From Chrysomallon squamiferum (Eukaryota > Animalia > Mollusca), in the NCBI GenBank assembly GCA_012295275.1, contig CM022677.1, forward strand, positions 15,562,001 to 15,626,000: a DNA stretch of 64,000 nt. The letters are read 5' to 3'. The notes under the pieces were generated by a model. The model made no database searches and was not told the DNA's origin. It worked only from the letters and a program-made list of their open reading frames with translations. Position numbers and translations under genes: made by a program. How positions within the stretch are numbered: position 1 is the first letter of the stretch; each line of letters opens with the position of its first letter. Shown piece by piece: positions 1-13,010 of the stretch.

Positions 1-539
1 TCACAGAGTTGTAGGTGTGGCAACATTTCCAAAGGGAATGGCTAATTAGTACATTAATATAATAACATTTAATTGGTTAGACAGATAGACAGACTGATTA
101 TGATAGAAACAGATATACCTACTTAGCCAGAGATCGTTACTGAAGATAGATGAACAAATGGATACACAGGGTATTGCTACTTTTTTCTAATTTCGAATGC
201 AGTGCCATTAATTTGAAACCCATTTCTATATACAGAAAGACAGACAGACCAACAGATGTGTATGTACTTAAGATTAAGTTATAACATATAAATATTTCCC
301 TCTGGCTTTCTTATGCTCTGTCTCACCCTCGAAATGTTTTATTTTACCAGATATTATGTAATAATTAAGTATTATAGGTTCTGTGATTAATGTGCTCTTT
401 AACAGAAAATATTATAGACACTTCTTTTCTTATAATATTTACCTTCTTATCAGCAGATCATAATTATTTAAATACACTCTTTCTATCTATTTATCTATAT
501 TTATCGTTCTCTCTATTTATCTCATATATATAACAACAT

Positions 540-2546
540 TCTCTCTCACACACAAACAACAGACTCAGTTTTTATGACAGTGTTGCAGGTGCATACTTTC
601 ATGCCTCCTTATTTATCTTTCTAGTAATTATCTACCTTTCTTCTGTCTATCAATTTTCCTATCTTCTGTTTTCTACCATCTATCCACCATTTTCTTACAC
701 ATTATGAGTGCCCCCCCCCACAGACAAACAGTTACTCATTCTTTCATATAGACATACATACTAATCATCTTCTAAACACACAAATACATTATCTTTCCTA
801 TACATGTGTGTGTGAATTTATGTATGTATGCATACATTTATATATACACATACACAAACACACACACCCATTCCTTAACTCAAGTCTATGTCCGTCTATC
901 TACAAATCAATCTAACAAACTAGTAGCATACCTACATATCAGTTTATCTCTCTAGCTTATGCGTCCGTTTTTCAATAACCATCTGTCAATCATCTGTCCA
1001 GCTCCCTGTATATCTGTCTAACCACATACTACTTCAAACCTCTATCTTTCTGTTTAACTAACTGTAGTTATATCTGTAAATATAATATATCTGTATTTAT
1101 CTCTATATATCTGTCTATATAATCTATCTGTATTTATCTCTGTGTTTCTGTCTATATAATCTATCTGTATTTATCTCTGTATATCTGTCTATATAATCTA
1201 TCTGTATTTATCTCTATATATCTGTCTATATAATCTATCTGTATTTATCTCTGTATATATACCTTTAAGTTATCAATTCATCATTAACTCAATCCAAACA
1301 CAGATCCAGTGTGTGTGTGTGTGTCAAATATACCCTCTCTCTGAACTCTAACTTAAACATTTTCTTACAAATATACATCTTCCTGTCCTCAAATCTACTG
1401 CCATCATATTTGCTTCATACCCATCTTTCTGCCTATCTATTTATCATTCGAAAGCTAGATATAAACCTGCTGACCTGCCTGTCTGTTTAGCTATCTTTAT
1501 ATATCTCTGTCTATCCTCCACCAAACTCGTAAATAAATTAATCCATCTACATTACAATCCATCAATAACTATCCATGAATGGCCTGTGCATCTTCCTGGC
1601 TATTTCCCTAAATAATTATAACTACTTTGCATAGCTATCTTTTTGTGTTACTCTCATTCACAATTCCCTAGCAGTTTATATCTGCCTATTTTTCTTTTAT
1701 CGTGTCAATCCACTGACATTAATAACCATCAATAACCTCAATCAGTCATTTAAACATCTCCTTGCCTAAATACCTACATATCCACCTTCAAATATCTCTA
1801 TATTTCTGTATGTTTCCACACAAATATACTCAATATATTCACACACTTCAAAAAACACAAGCAAATTTACCTTCCAATATACATTTGTATACTAGTCCCT
1901 GCTCCAACTTATGCATATCTACACCTGTATATGTGTATGTATGTATGTGTGTGTGTCTATATATATACATTCCTTATTGTACATTACCATCCATACTTGC
2001 CTACACCTACATGTCTAGCTGTCTGTCTGCTGCCTATTAGATAACTATCTACATATATCTCCATATCAACGTTCAGAACTACCTAACTATCAGGTAACTA
2101 TCTATATATATCTGCTGAACTACTGACCTACCTTCCTGTCTACACTCTCAGCCTGGCACACAAAAAAACATGACAGAAAGAAGAAAACACAGAATAGATA
2201 GACAGATATTGTCATGTTTACCTATCTGGTTAAATTCATCTACATCTATCAATTCATTTGTTGACTTTTACTGATCTAACTGTCTATCAATCTCTCTCTC
2301 TTTCTTTCTGTGTATCTTCCTGTTTATCTCTTTACCTGTTAATCTCCCGTCAGTCAGTCTCATATCTCTGTCAATCATCTTTCCATTTCTTCAAATGGTT
2401 GCTCTCAAGGTAACTTCTAATATTCTTTCTGAAAACAACTTTAAGCTGGAACCTGCCTGTTGTCTGTCTATAAGTATCATTGCTCCACATTTTTTATTTC
2501 TTCTGCACTAATTTGTAATTTGTAATGTAGAACGACACAGAGCTTT
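540..2546 (+). repeat. Segmental duplication, direct copy of ~44313-45915 (TATC/TGTC-rich DNA plus a degenerate exon-like block)
   Basis: Collinear shared blocks, e.g. CTCTCACACACAAACAACAGA (541 / ~44318), ATCCAAACACAGATCCA (~1292 / ~44978) and TTTCTTCAAATGGTT...GAAAACAACTTTAAGCTG...ACACAGAGCTTT (2386-2546 / 45760-45915). Boundaries approximate. Confidence 0.85.
1080..1260. repeat. ~36-bp minisatellite (TATCTGTCTATATAATCTATCTGTATTTATCTCT..), about 5 units
   Basis: Direct tandem units visible; a more degenerate version lies in the paralogue at ~44800-44945. Confidence 0.8.
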
Positions 2547-2612
2547 TGCAGTGTCATTAGTCATTACAGTGGAAGTGTTTTGTTCCCTTCCATAATAACC
2601 AAGAATCATCCA
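2400..2612 (-). pseudogene. Possible degenerate exon beginning like a TSP1 module
   Basis: Minus strand TAG|TG GAT GAT TCT TGG TTA TTA TGG AAG gives (V)DDSWLLWK, the same acceptor phase and VDxxWxxW start expected of TSP1 exons (compare 26324). Downstream it is broken by stops. Confidence 0.3.
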
Positions 2613-2744
2613 CTATTAACTATTGGAGAATAATCAATCAAATTTTCAAAATATGTGCGTTTTTTTGTGCACGTGTCGGATACGAGTTGTTCCCCTTGGG
2701 TGGCGCGTGCGGCACTTTTCACCCATGCCCCACTTTTGTAATAG

Positions 2745-2870
2745 CAGATATTAAGCGAAATAAATATGTACAGTAACGCGATATTAGCAGTATTAAGTAA
2801 ATTAAAAACTGTGACGTGATATTAGTAGTATTAAGTAAAGAAATACTGTACAGTGACGTGTGATATTAAT
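2745..2870. repeat. Degenerate ~40-bp minisatellite of the same family as 15680-15975
   Basis: Units resemble TTAAGTAAATAAATACTGTACAGTAACGTGATATTAGCAG. Confidence 0.7.
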
Positions 2871-2889
2871 CACAATAATGTATTTGAAG

Positions 2890-3340
2890 AGGTGATTCGC
2901 CCGCTCAAAACGTTTGTGGAATGATTCATAAAAAGCGCTAAAGAATAATGAGAAGGACTCTAGAAAGCTAGAAACAACGCCGTCAAGACGGCAACGATGG
3001 TGATATTGATATAATACATTTTAGAATAGGATCTGAATACTAAAAAAGAGTGAATAATAATTAATAAAAAGGAAAAGAATAGTGAGAATTGCTCCGAGAA
3101 CTATGAGAACAACGCCAGTTCGAATGTAGCGACAGCGACATTAATAGAAATATTAATAATATATTTTAATTCAGGATGGGCACGTTCAAAAAATAAGAAT
3201 AACAGTGAATGAAAACACGAAAAGGAATAATGAAGAGTACACCAATGACGTTAGGAACAATCCTGGACCGACGGCATTGCCGCCTCGTTAATAGAAATAT
3301 AAATTATATTTTTTTAACGTAGGATATGGACACTAATTGC
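2890..3340 (-). repeat. Three degenerate ~130-145-bp tandem units, CpG-containing, possibly an old coding repeat
   Basis: Plus strand recurs as GAATA(A/G)TGA..(G)AACAA(C/T)..TTAATAGAAATAT..AGGAT. Minus-strand pieces translate to FERAHPELKYIINISINVAVATFELALF and FERANHLFKYIIVINIT. Confidence 0.45.
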
Positions 3341-3379
3341 AATATTTAATAAAAGGCAAAATAATATTTTTGTTTTTTT

Positions 3380-4600
3380 CAGACAATGTTTTCAGACGTA
3401 TCTCAAATATTGGTAAATTCCTGCACGATAATAAGCAACTTGTAGTGTGAGTTGTAAGTTTTGTGATTTTATTTGGTGCATTAATATAAATAAGAAGAAG
3501 AAAGAAAAAGTAGGGGAAAAAAAATTAAAACACCGTTTATTTGAACCGTAAAGGTCAACGATTGGCTAATAATAAGATAAAAAAAATATATAAATAAACA
3601 AATAAAATAAATATATTTTAATTGAGATTGTGATGTTTCTTTATTTTATTTTATTTGTTTTGAACATTATTTTAATTTTTTTTTTGGTGGGTTGATTGTA
3701 TATGCGGAAAAATGCGGGATGATTGTCGGTCTTTACGGACTTACTTTTTTGTTTAGTGTTCGAAGAATTTTCTACAGAATTGGTGTAATCGCATTAAAAA
3801 ATAGTTGTTTAAAGTATTTGATTTTGTGAAGGAGACAGGTATTACTATTTATTATTATAAATGTTAATGTGTTTGGATTTTTTCGTTTTATTTAATTATA
3901 ATTTAAAAGTCATAGACAACTGATGGCAGCCATATTATTTGAGAACAATAATTATTTATTTATTTAGAATTTTTTCAAATAACGACACTCGATTAATAAT
4001 AACATTCACCAGTGGTTGTACTAATGTGAACAACATAAACAACGTCATGATGTATCAGCAAATTTTGAGTGTCCAGTAATTAAATTTGTTTTACAATAAA
4101 TTGACTTGTGTAGCACACACCAAAGGAAACACCACACAACAAGTCACAGAGAATTTAAAATTATTATTATTATTATTATTGTTATTGTTATTGTTATTAT
4201 TTATTTATTTATTATTTTATTTTATTTTATTTTTTTAGTTGAAATAAACATAATAAAACTATTAAAAGAAGATATGCTAATTTTGTTTGACAGGTTGTTT
4301 TCAGTCAGTTTATTTATGATTTATTATTTTTAAAGATTTAGGTTAAATTGCTGACTTGCTCTATAATTATTAAACATATTAAACTTTATAATGGGTGGTT
4401 CCCTAAATGCTTTCATGTTATTTAACCTAAATACCTGTATAGCTCTGTTAACACTAAAAACAAATAAAGATGAATACAAATTTAAGAAATACATGACTAG
4501 GTTATTTCATATGTAGATGATGCTATAAAATATTAATAAAATTATTTATAAAAAAAATATTTAACACACAAATAAACACTCAAATAATTTGTTATCCTGT
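3380..4600 (+). repeat. Duplicated promoter/first-exon-like cassette; inverted copies at ~52150-53050 and ~32150-32525
   Basis: GCGGAAAAATGCGGGATGATTGTCGGTCTTTACGG...GGAGACAG|GTATT and TGATGGCAGCCAT match the reverse complements at 52580-52810 and, in part, 32210-32320. CCAAT box (ATTGGCTAAT) at ~3561. Confidence 0.8.
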
Positions 4601-4833
4601 TCTTTGTTTCTCTTCTTTTCTTAATGGTCAGTTTTAATTTATTTATTTACATTTTGTTTTGTTTTGTTGATATTCCTTCTTTTTCATCTTCTTCTTCTCT
4701 TATTATTATTACTACTTTTTATTATTATTATTATGTTTTATTTTTATTATTATTATTTTTGTGATCTTTATTATTATTATCCATTTTATTTTTCATATCA
4801 TTACTAATAATTTTTATTTTTTATGTTTTCTAG

Positions 4834-5370
4834 GTCATGTGGAGAAAATGTTCCAAATGAATTTAAAGAATGGTTCTGTAAAAAATCAGATGTGAGTGAA
4901 ATATTTTATAAATTTCTCATCCAGCTACACAATCATTGATCAGTATCATACTGTAGAGTGCAAGTGCTGCTGGAATACTATAATATGATATATCGATGGT
5001 TTACATGTATCAACAGGAACAAGAAGAAAAGGGCAGAGCACCATTGAAGTCTGCTTTTTTGTGAAATCAAGCTGATGCTGGTAAAAACACTTCATCTGCT
5101 ACGCTGCAAAACAAAAAACTAGGCAGACGACTGCGATGGCAAAAATAACAGCCAGAAAGTTGAGCAGCAGGTAACATCTGAGCTTGCCTCTCTGAGAATG
5201 AGGCTGGATGAGAAGATAAAGAAAAGAGAGAGAAGAAAACAAAGGCTGTAGCTGAAGCAGAACAAGATGAGACTCAGGAAGGCAGCGTTCATGAGAGTGA
5301 TGTCAGCGATATTGACAGTTCGAAGGACCAAGCTAGTCCTGTACCTGATTCAGACAACACAATTCCAAGT
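4834..5370 (+). pseudogene. Degenerate orphan exons, product unknown
   Basis: TTTTCTAG| acceptor at 4833 and |GTGAGT donor at 4892 enclose a frame SCGENVPNEFKEWFCKKSD. The following purine-rich block gives charged peptides (EKKTKAVAEAEQDETQEGSVHESDVSDIDSS) interrupted by stops and frameshifts. Confidence 0.35.
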
Positions 5371-5786
5371 TGCAAGTTTTGTATCTTATTTTTATTTCTT
5401 AGCAAATAAAATAAGTTTTATAGTAACAACTCTTTACTGATTGTAAATTAGCATAATAATAATCATTTGTTTGCTATTGTTTTGTTAATTATTTAAATTA
5501 TTTTCATTATTATCATTATCATTATAATGATTATAAAAGTATATCAAAAATATCCCACAACTCTTTGAATAATCCAGTAACTGATAACAGTAAACTTTAA
5601 ATAATACAGAAACATTAGTTATTTATTTTTAACAGTTTATTATTTTTATTATTTTATTTGTATTTTTATTTTCAGAATGCACATACAGCTCTAATTGATG
5701 TGCTGATGTTGGCTGGTGAAGTTGTTTCAGTAGAAGGTGCTGTCCAGCACTGAGGATAAAGTTTGCTGCCACTGGAATTATTCTAA

Positions 5787-5788
<2 letters not shown>

Positions 5789-5864
<76 letters not shown>
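5789..5864. repeat. (CT)n microsatellite
   Basis: Pure dinucleotide run. Confidence 0.95.
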
Positions 5865-5872
<8 letters not shown>

Positions 5873-8800
5873 ATCTATCTGACAGATACCAGATGCATAT
5901 ATAACTACAAAATTAAATAAATAAATTACTGTTGTTTTTCAGAAACTGCTCTGTCCACAAGAAGAGCTAATTTAGTGAGTCACCATAGGAGAGAAATGTC
6001 ATCAAAGAATATGGCAGAACAGGAGCATCTATAGAGGTTGTTGTTATAGCAGTAGTATTAGTCATTGTTGTAGTAATATAGTTGTTACATCATTAATACT
6101 TTAATAATAATACTACTTGTTGTAGTAATGTTGTTTATTTGATATTTGAGTAAAGAAATACAGGCATAGGAGTAATGGTGAAGAGAGTAAAAAAAATCAC
6201 TTTTATTATTAATGGATAGTAATTTTAGTAATAGGAGTATTATTTCAATAACAGTTACCCTAGTTGAATAAGGAATAATAGTAAATATTAGTTACAGTAA
6301 TGATGTTAATAAAAGTAGCATATAGTGTTGCAGTAAACATTGTAGTAGCAGTGTTTTATTTATTTTATATTTTTTACAGTATTTTATTTATTTATTTATT
6401 TACTCAAACTAGGCAGTGCACCCACCAATGTGACTCTGATTCAGACATGGACATTGAAGCCGACCACGTCAATTCTTAAGTTGGAGAGTCTTACACCAGT
6501 TACCAATCTCAACAGTCAAATATCAGGAGAAAAAAAATTTGAAAATCTTAAACATGCTAAAACCAGGGAAAGAAAAACACTGTTTGTGGCAAAGACAAAA
6601 GGCTTGAAGTTCAGCAGCAGTTCTTTTTAGCTTGTATTTGTACTAGGAGTAACCAAAACAGTTTCATTTTTAACTCACAAAAATTGAGCCAAGAAGTACT
6701 GCATTTTATTTTATTTGCATAAAGGAGTGATATTCAGTTATGTGTGAAATCAGTTCATAAAGAAAAACACATCTATAGTAATTCTGTTTAATGTGTTTCT
6801 GAATGAATAATTCTTTTATCGCTTTAATTATGTGATTCAAATTCATCTTTATTTTAGACATATTTGTTATCTCTCTAATCTATTTGGATTTAATTAATAT
6901 TTTATTTATAATATATATTTATTTTTCAAAACTTCTCTGCGTGTAGATCATAAACATTTAAATTAATAGCAAATGTAGATCTGACCTTCATTCCACTGAA
7001 GAATCTAACTACCAGAAGTAATTAGTTTAGATTTGGGATTAAATGTCTTTCTTTAATTTTTATTTATGAATTTGTTTTTGTTTTTTTTTCTATGAGATAT
7101 ATTCCTGTCACAGTTTTAGGCTCATCATAAATAATTATTAGTAGCCAGGATGCCTGCCAAAACAGTCTGCTAGATCAATGTAGAAGTTCAAGATGACAGA
7201 GGAAATAAAAGAGAAATGTACTCAGTGAATACAGATAGAACAAACTGTAAGCTGGAAACCATTTTGAGTTTATTGTGGCTAATCCAGCTTTAATTCCAAA
7301 ATTGCTAAATAAGTAATCTTGTGCAAGCTGAAAATAAATATTTCTGGTTTTGCAGGTGATTTTGAGAAAAAAACCTGAAGCTGACAAATTCATCTGATAC
7401 AGTTACTAGCCAGACAGAAGAAATCAATAAAACAGAGCACTGTTTTGAAGTAAGTGGTCTTGATATGTTTTATAGTAACACTTTTTTTTTTCTATATGTT
7501 TTAAAACAAGAGCCATAATAATAATTTTATGGGAAATATTAATTTCACACAGACTTAGTTAAAATGGTAGAATTTTTTATCAAGGTTTTAACTCATTAAT
7601 TGTAAGGTTTGCTCAGGTAAAGGATTTAGTCGTTTTTAAAGTTATTTTTGCTGCTTCTCGAATGTTACCATTATATCCAGTCAGTATTCAAACATTCTTA
7701 AAGTATAATTAATTGATAATTTATAATAATTTTCCATGACTGAAATTTGTTTTCCCAAACATTTTATTGTGCAAATTAATCAAATACTCCTAGCCTGAAA
7801 TAGGTAAAAAAAAATAATCATTTAAATAATTTATGTTAATATTTAGAATGATAAACTTGATGCTCATTTTTTATTTATTGTTAATTTATTTTTCTTTTAT
7901 TAATTTTTCTTTCTATATTTGTTTAGTTAGATAAATCTGGCTAAAAAAAGGGGAAGGTACAAAATCCACAAAATTGCCCAATCTTGAACAAATAGTAGGA
8001 AACAAGTAAGTTGTTTAAATATAGCTATCATACCACCAGCACAAACTTTGGATCCAGCATTTCAGAGGATTTTCTTGACCAGCTTGGAAGACCTTTCATG
8101 TAATCAGATACAAGACAGATCGGTGGATTTTATACTTCTGTGGTTTGCGGGGAAGGGATATTAATGTTGTTTTTTGTTTGCTTTTTTTTTCTTTATCAGC
8201 TCAAATAGCATTTTAAATAAATTATTTAAAAATATATAATAGCAATATGAATAGTAATAATAGCAATAACAACAACAACAACAACAATAATAATAAACTA
8301 AAATAAAACAAAAACCTGACAAAACGAGTACTTCATTTCTTGATTCTGTTTTATAAAAATTCCTCGATATTCCTGAAAAATGAACATTCCAAATGCACAG
8401 CCATCAAGTTGGTGCTAATTATGTTATAAACTGCCATTGATTAGGAAGAAGCAGATGTAAATCCTTACAACTCTGTTTCCTACCAGTCAAAACTTTATAT
8501 ATCAGATGACACAGAGTTGATTAGTTTCAGTGTTACTGTTGCAGTAATGAAATATATGAAATAAACTAAGAATGCACAAACAGAGATACTACTACTAATA
8601 ATAATAATAATAATTAGTCAATTTCATAGACAAAGTAGTCTAAGGGAAATAACTCTGTTGTCCATTAATAGGAATGAATATAACGATGATAATGGTTGAC
8701 AACATTAACAACAACAAAACAAATTTTGAAAAAGGAAATAAAAAAAAATAATGATGTATTTTGTAATTTAGATTTCTGTTTCATTTAATTCATTTAGTTA

Positions 8801-9554
8801 AGTGCTAAAGAAATGATATGAAATAAAATTTTAAGAATATATATTAAATTAATGATTGTTTGATAATTTTGATAATAATTTTAAACGAAAAATAACAAAT
8901 AGTGGCATAATGAATCAATAAGAAATGTTTTATTACATTAAATATTTTCACAAACTTTGATGAATCTTCTATTCACATATTTCCACAAACTGATTTCATA
9001 TCAAGTAATTATGATAAACCCTTTTTTAATGTAAGAAAGGGGAGATAACTCCATCCGAGAAAGTATTCGTTTTCATATTAAAGGAAAATAACTATTTGTG
9101 AATATATTCGCTGGTAACTATTATTAAGAAATATTTTATTGTTTATTATATTTAATATTCATTTTTTTCTCCTTTTACCATCGAACAAAAGTATAATGTA
9201 GACCATAATTCTTGTATTTTTAAGTTCTCACTATCCTTATCATATTTCAAGTTCAGAGTTATATCAAAATATAAATTTTCGTTTTGTAAATTTTAGATTT
9301 CAACAAATTAGATATTTTCAACATTGAATTATTATTATTAATATAAAAAGATGTTATTTACCTTTTAGATATTGATATATTAATATAACAAAAAAAGAAT
9401 ATCCTATAAATATTTCCATCTGATCTATAATTTTAATGTAAAAAGCATTCATTATTTAAAATGCTTATCAAATGATTAAGCAATGTCCACTAATTAAATT
9501 CAATAAAATTACTGGATTCCATTGGTTGAAAATATACCTGAACATTAATCACAA

Positions 9555-10860
9555 GCGAATATATTGATATTCTCTCCCTTTAACATGAAAAAGAATAACC
9601 TCTCGGATAGAGTTATGTCCCCGTTGTTACATTTTTTCTCCTTGATTATTCAGGTTAAAATAAACATATTCCTATATAGATTTATCTCCCTTTAACATGA
9701 AAACGAATAACCTCTCGGATGGAGGTATCTCCCCTTTGTTACATTTTTCTCCTTGATTATTCAGGTTAAAACGAACATATTCCTACATAGAGTTATGTCC
9801 CCTTTGTTAGATTTTTCTCCTTGATTATTCAGGTTAAAAGGAACATATTCCTATATAGTGTTATCTCCCCTTCGTTACATTTTTCTCTTGATTATTCAGG
9901 TTGAAACAAACATATTCCTATATAGAGTTATGTCCCCTTTGTTAGATTTTCATCCTTGATTATTCAGGTTAAAACGAACATATTCCTATATAGATTTATC
10001 TCCCTTTGTTACATTTTTCTCCTTGATTATTCAGGTTAAAACGAACATATTCCTACATAGATTTATCTCCCTTTGTTACATTTTTCTCCTTGATTATTCA
10101 GGTTAAAACGAACATATTCCTACATAGAGTTATGTCCCCTTTGTTAGATTTTCTCCTTGATTATTCAGGTTAAAACGAACATATTCCTATATAGAGTTAC
10201 CTCCCCTTCGTTACATTTTTCTCTTGATTATTCAGATTAAAACGAACATATTCCTATATAGATTTATCTTCCTTTAACATGAAAACGAATAACCTCTCGG
10301 ATAGAGTTATCTCCCCTTTGTTACATTTTTCTCTTCATTATTCAGGTTAGAACGAACATATTCCCATATAGAGTTATCTCCCCTTCGTTACATTTTTCTC
10401 TTCATTAGGTTAAAACGAATATATTCCTATATAGATTTATCTCTCTTTTGTTACATTTTTCTCTTGATTATTCAGGTTAAAACGAACATATTCCTATATA
10501 GAGTTACTCGGCGAAGTAAAGGCTATATTGATTACAGTTTAGTGATATGTGCTCACAAACATAGAATAGAGTTAGGTCCATTACATGAGATGTACTCAGT
10601 AAACAAATTAAAAATTATATCGATTAGACTTATCTCCCTTTAGTAATATGTGTTCACAAACATAGATTAGAGTTATGTCCCTTATGTGAGATGTACTCAC
10701 TAAGCAAAGTGAAAATTGTATCGATTACAGTTATCTCCCTTACGTGATATGTACTCACTAAATAAAGTAAAAATTATATCGATTAGAGTTATCTCCCTTT
10801 AGTGATATGTACTGGCAACTTTAGCCTTACGTGAGATGTACTCACTAAGCTTACGTACGC
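9555..10860. repeat. Satellite array: ~68-bp units (to ~10505), then a second related unit type; both built on GAGTTATCTCCC(C/T)TT
   Basis: Unit TCCTATATAGAGTTATCTCCCCTTTGTTACATTTTTCTCCTTGATTATTCAGGTTAAAACGAACATAT, period 68 (9781 to 9849). A variant subunit TTTAACATGAAAACGAATAACCTCTCGGAT occurs at ~9578, 9690 and 10273. From ~10520 the units carry GATGTACTCACTAAG. Confidence 0.92.
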
Positions 10861-11095
10861 TAATTATCCATATGGGATAAATGGAATCTCGAAAAATGCC
10901 GGGGACTAGGGTAGGGGGGCGGATAGATAAAAATAGGTGAGAACACTTTCCCCTGGCAGACAGCCCGTGCTTCTGGGGTAGGGCATGTGTTCAACTCACC
11001 TTTTCTGTCCGGGACCCTAAGCTCACCCGTTTTTATCCTATCCACCTCCCTGCCCTAGTCACCCACACACCGACTGTCTGTCCTGCATATGGATG
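10861..11095. mobile_element. GC-rich element with nested inverted repeats (MITE or non-autonomous DNA element)
   Basis: Outer ATCCATATG (~10866) pairs with CATATGGAT (~11086). Inner GACTAGGGTAGGGGGGCGGATAGATAAAAATAGGTGAG pairs imperfectly with CTCACCCGTTTTTATCCTATCCACCTCCCTGCCCTAGTC. Confidence 0.55.
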
Positions 11096-12459
11096 GAGCT
11101 ACTGATAAACACAGACTGAAGTTTGGACAGGCACTAGGGGCTTTTACGATTAAACTGGTAATTAAATATTTAAAAAAGTAACATTGTTTTTGTTTACTGA
11201 CTGAAAATATAGAAACTTATCTAGTGATCATATATTGCAATTACTGATAGTGACTTCAGGATCTATCTGATCTATCTATCTATCCGTGCATACAATACAT
11301 ACACATGCACACATGCACTTACACACTGTCTGATAAAACATTTGACAAGCTAAATTAGAAAAAAACAAAAAACAACAACAATCATTTCAAGAAAGAAATA
11401 TTCTACTATTACCTGTATATATATATATAAAGAAATCAACTCTTCGTGATTTTTAGGATCTATATTTATCTGCAAAATTCATAAATAACAAATACCGCAA
11501 ATAATGGCAGGAATCCCGCACCACACAAAACAAAATTATTATCATATGAGAGTAATCTCCCTTCAGCTATAGTTTGTTTCTTTCTTCTGTTTTTGGGATC
11601 CTCGGTGTACGTCAATGCACACCACAGAAAATCGCTGAAAACGAAACAACGTATAAAGCTGTATAAAGAGTAATAAATGTGAATGGATAGGTACGTTCCA
11701 GGAATAGCATATATCAATTTACACAATATAAACAATATGCCGTGTCTATTAATATGTGATAAATAACTAAAATATAAATAATAAAAAATAAATACAGATT
11801 TATAAAGATTAAAATAATATAAACCTGGAATATTAACAAACGTTAAAGGTTAACTGTCAGCGAAAAAATAGTCTGTCACTGAAGAATGTTTTTTCTTCTT
11901 GTTTTTGTTCTTATTTTTTTCATATTTCTCTCCAAATTTCTCTGTCGTGGCCTCCAAGTTTAACATTAATTGCAAAAGCTGATTTCGATAACAGCAGCAA
12001 AAGACTTAATTTTTTTCTCATTTTAAGATAACCAGTGGTACGAAAGTTTGCTTGTATCGTCAGTCCATTCAGATTTTTTATTTCGTTTTCTCTCCGGTTT
12101 CCTACAGTTGCATATAATAGTCACTACGTAGCTAAATCTTTTGTTTACACAATGGAAAAACGTGAAAAACTAACAATAATATTGTTCATCTAGCTGCACG
12201 TAGTAATTACAAGAAGTTTAGTGTCACTGTTAACCCTTCAAAAGCGCGATCATTTCATCTCACGCGGCAGTCTGACTGTGTTCAAACTGCCGTCATTCTT
12301 TAACAAATGATAATACTTAGAAAACTGCGAGTCGTTGTTAACAATACTAATTACTATATAAACTTTTCTGTTGTTCTGAAATTTACACCCGGATTCATCC
12401 CGATTAGATTAGTTTATGTTAATAATAGATTCCCGATAGAGTCCACTATTTACAGTTAA

Positions 12460-12498
<39 letters not shown>

Positions 12499-12814
12499 CA
12501 TAATAGTAATAATAATAATTTCATTTTTTCATGACGTAATAAATACAGTTTGTATACTTACAACAAACCGGCCATCTGAAATGTTCGAGGATAATTTATG
12601 CAATGTACAGCGAGTACTGACATTTATACTAATTCTGTAAAATAAAACATGAAATAGTAATATATTGAATCGCATGTTACATCAATTTGGTGAATTTTAT
12701 ATATTTTCATTATACAATTTAATTAAGTAAAACTATACAAAATATTACTTAAGAAGTCTATTTTATACGAATGTATTTTTATTTTACCTCAATGAAATAA
12801 CAAGTAATAAGCGG

Positions 12815-12818
<4 letters not shown>

Positions 12819-12904
<86 letters not shown>
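12819..12904. repeat. Compound (GT)n(GA)n microsatellite
   Basis: Direct inspection. Confidence 0.95.
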
Positions 12905-12908
<4 letters not shown>

Positions 12909-12979
12909 CAGTTTCTAATATACTTGTTTGTTTTTAACACAACATATACTTGATGACAATTTACATTTACAATGGACTG

Positions 12980-13010
<31 letters not shown>

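Noticed and set aside
9600-10505. Regular repeats resembling a CRISPR array
   Set aside because: Units are contiguous near-identical tandem copies with no unique spacers, no cas genes, and a eukaryotic context.
12229-12300. TTAACCCTT piggyBac-like end
   Set aside because: No matching downstream AGGGTTAA terminus or transposase found.
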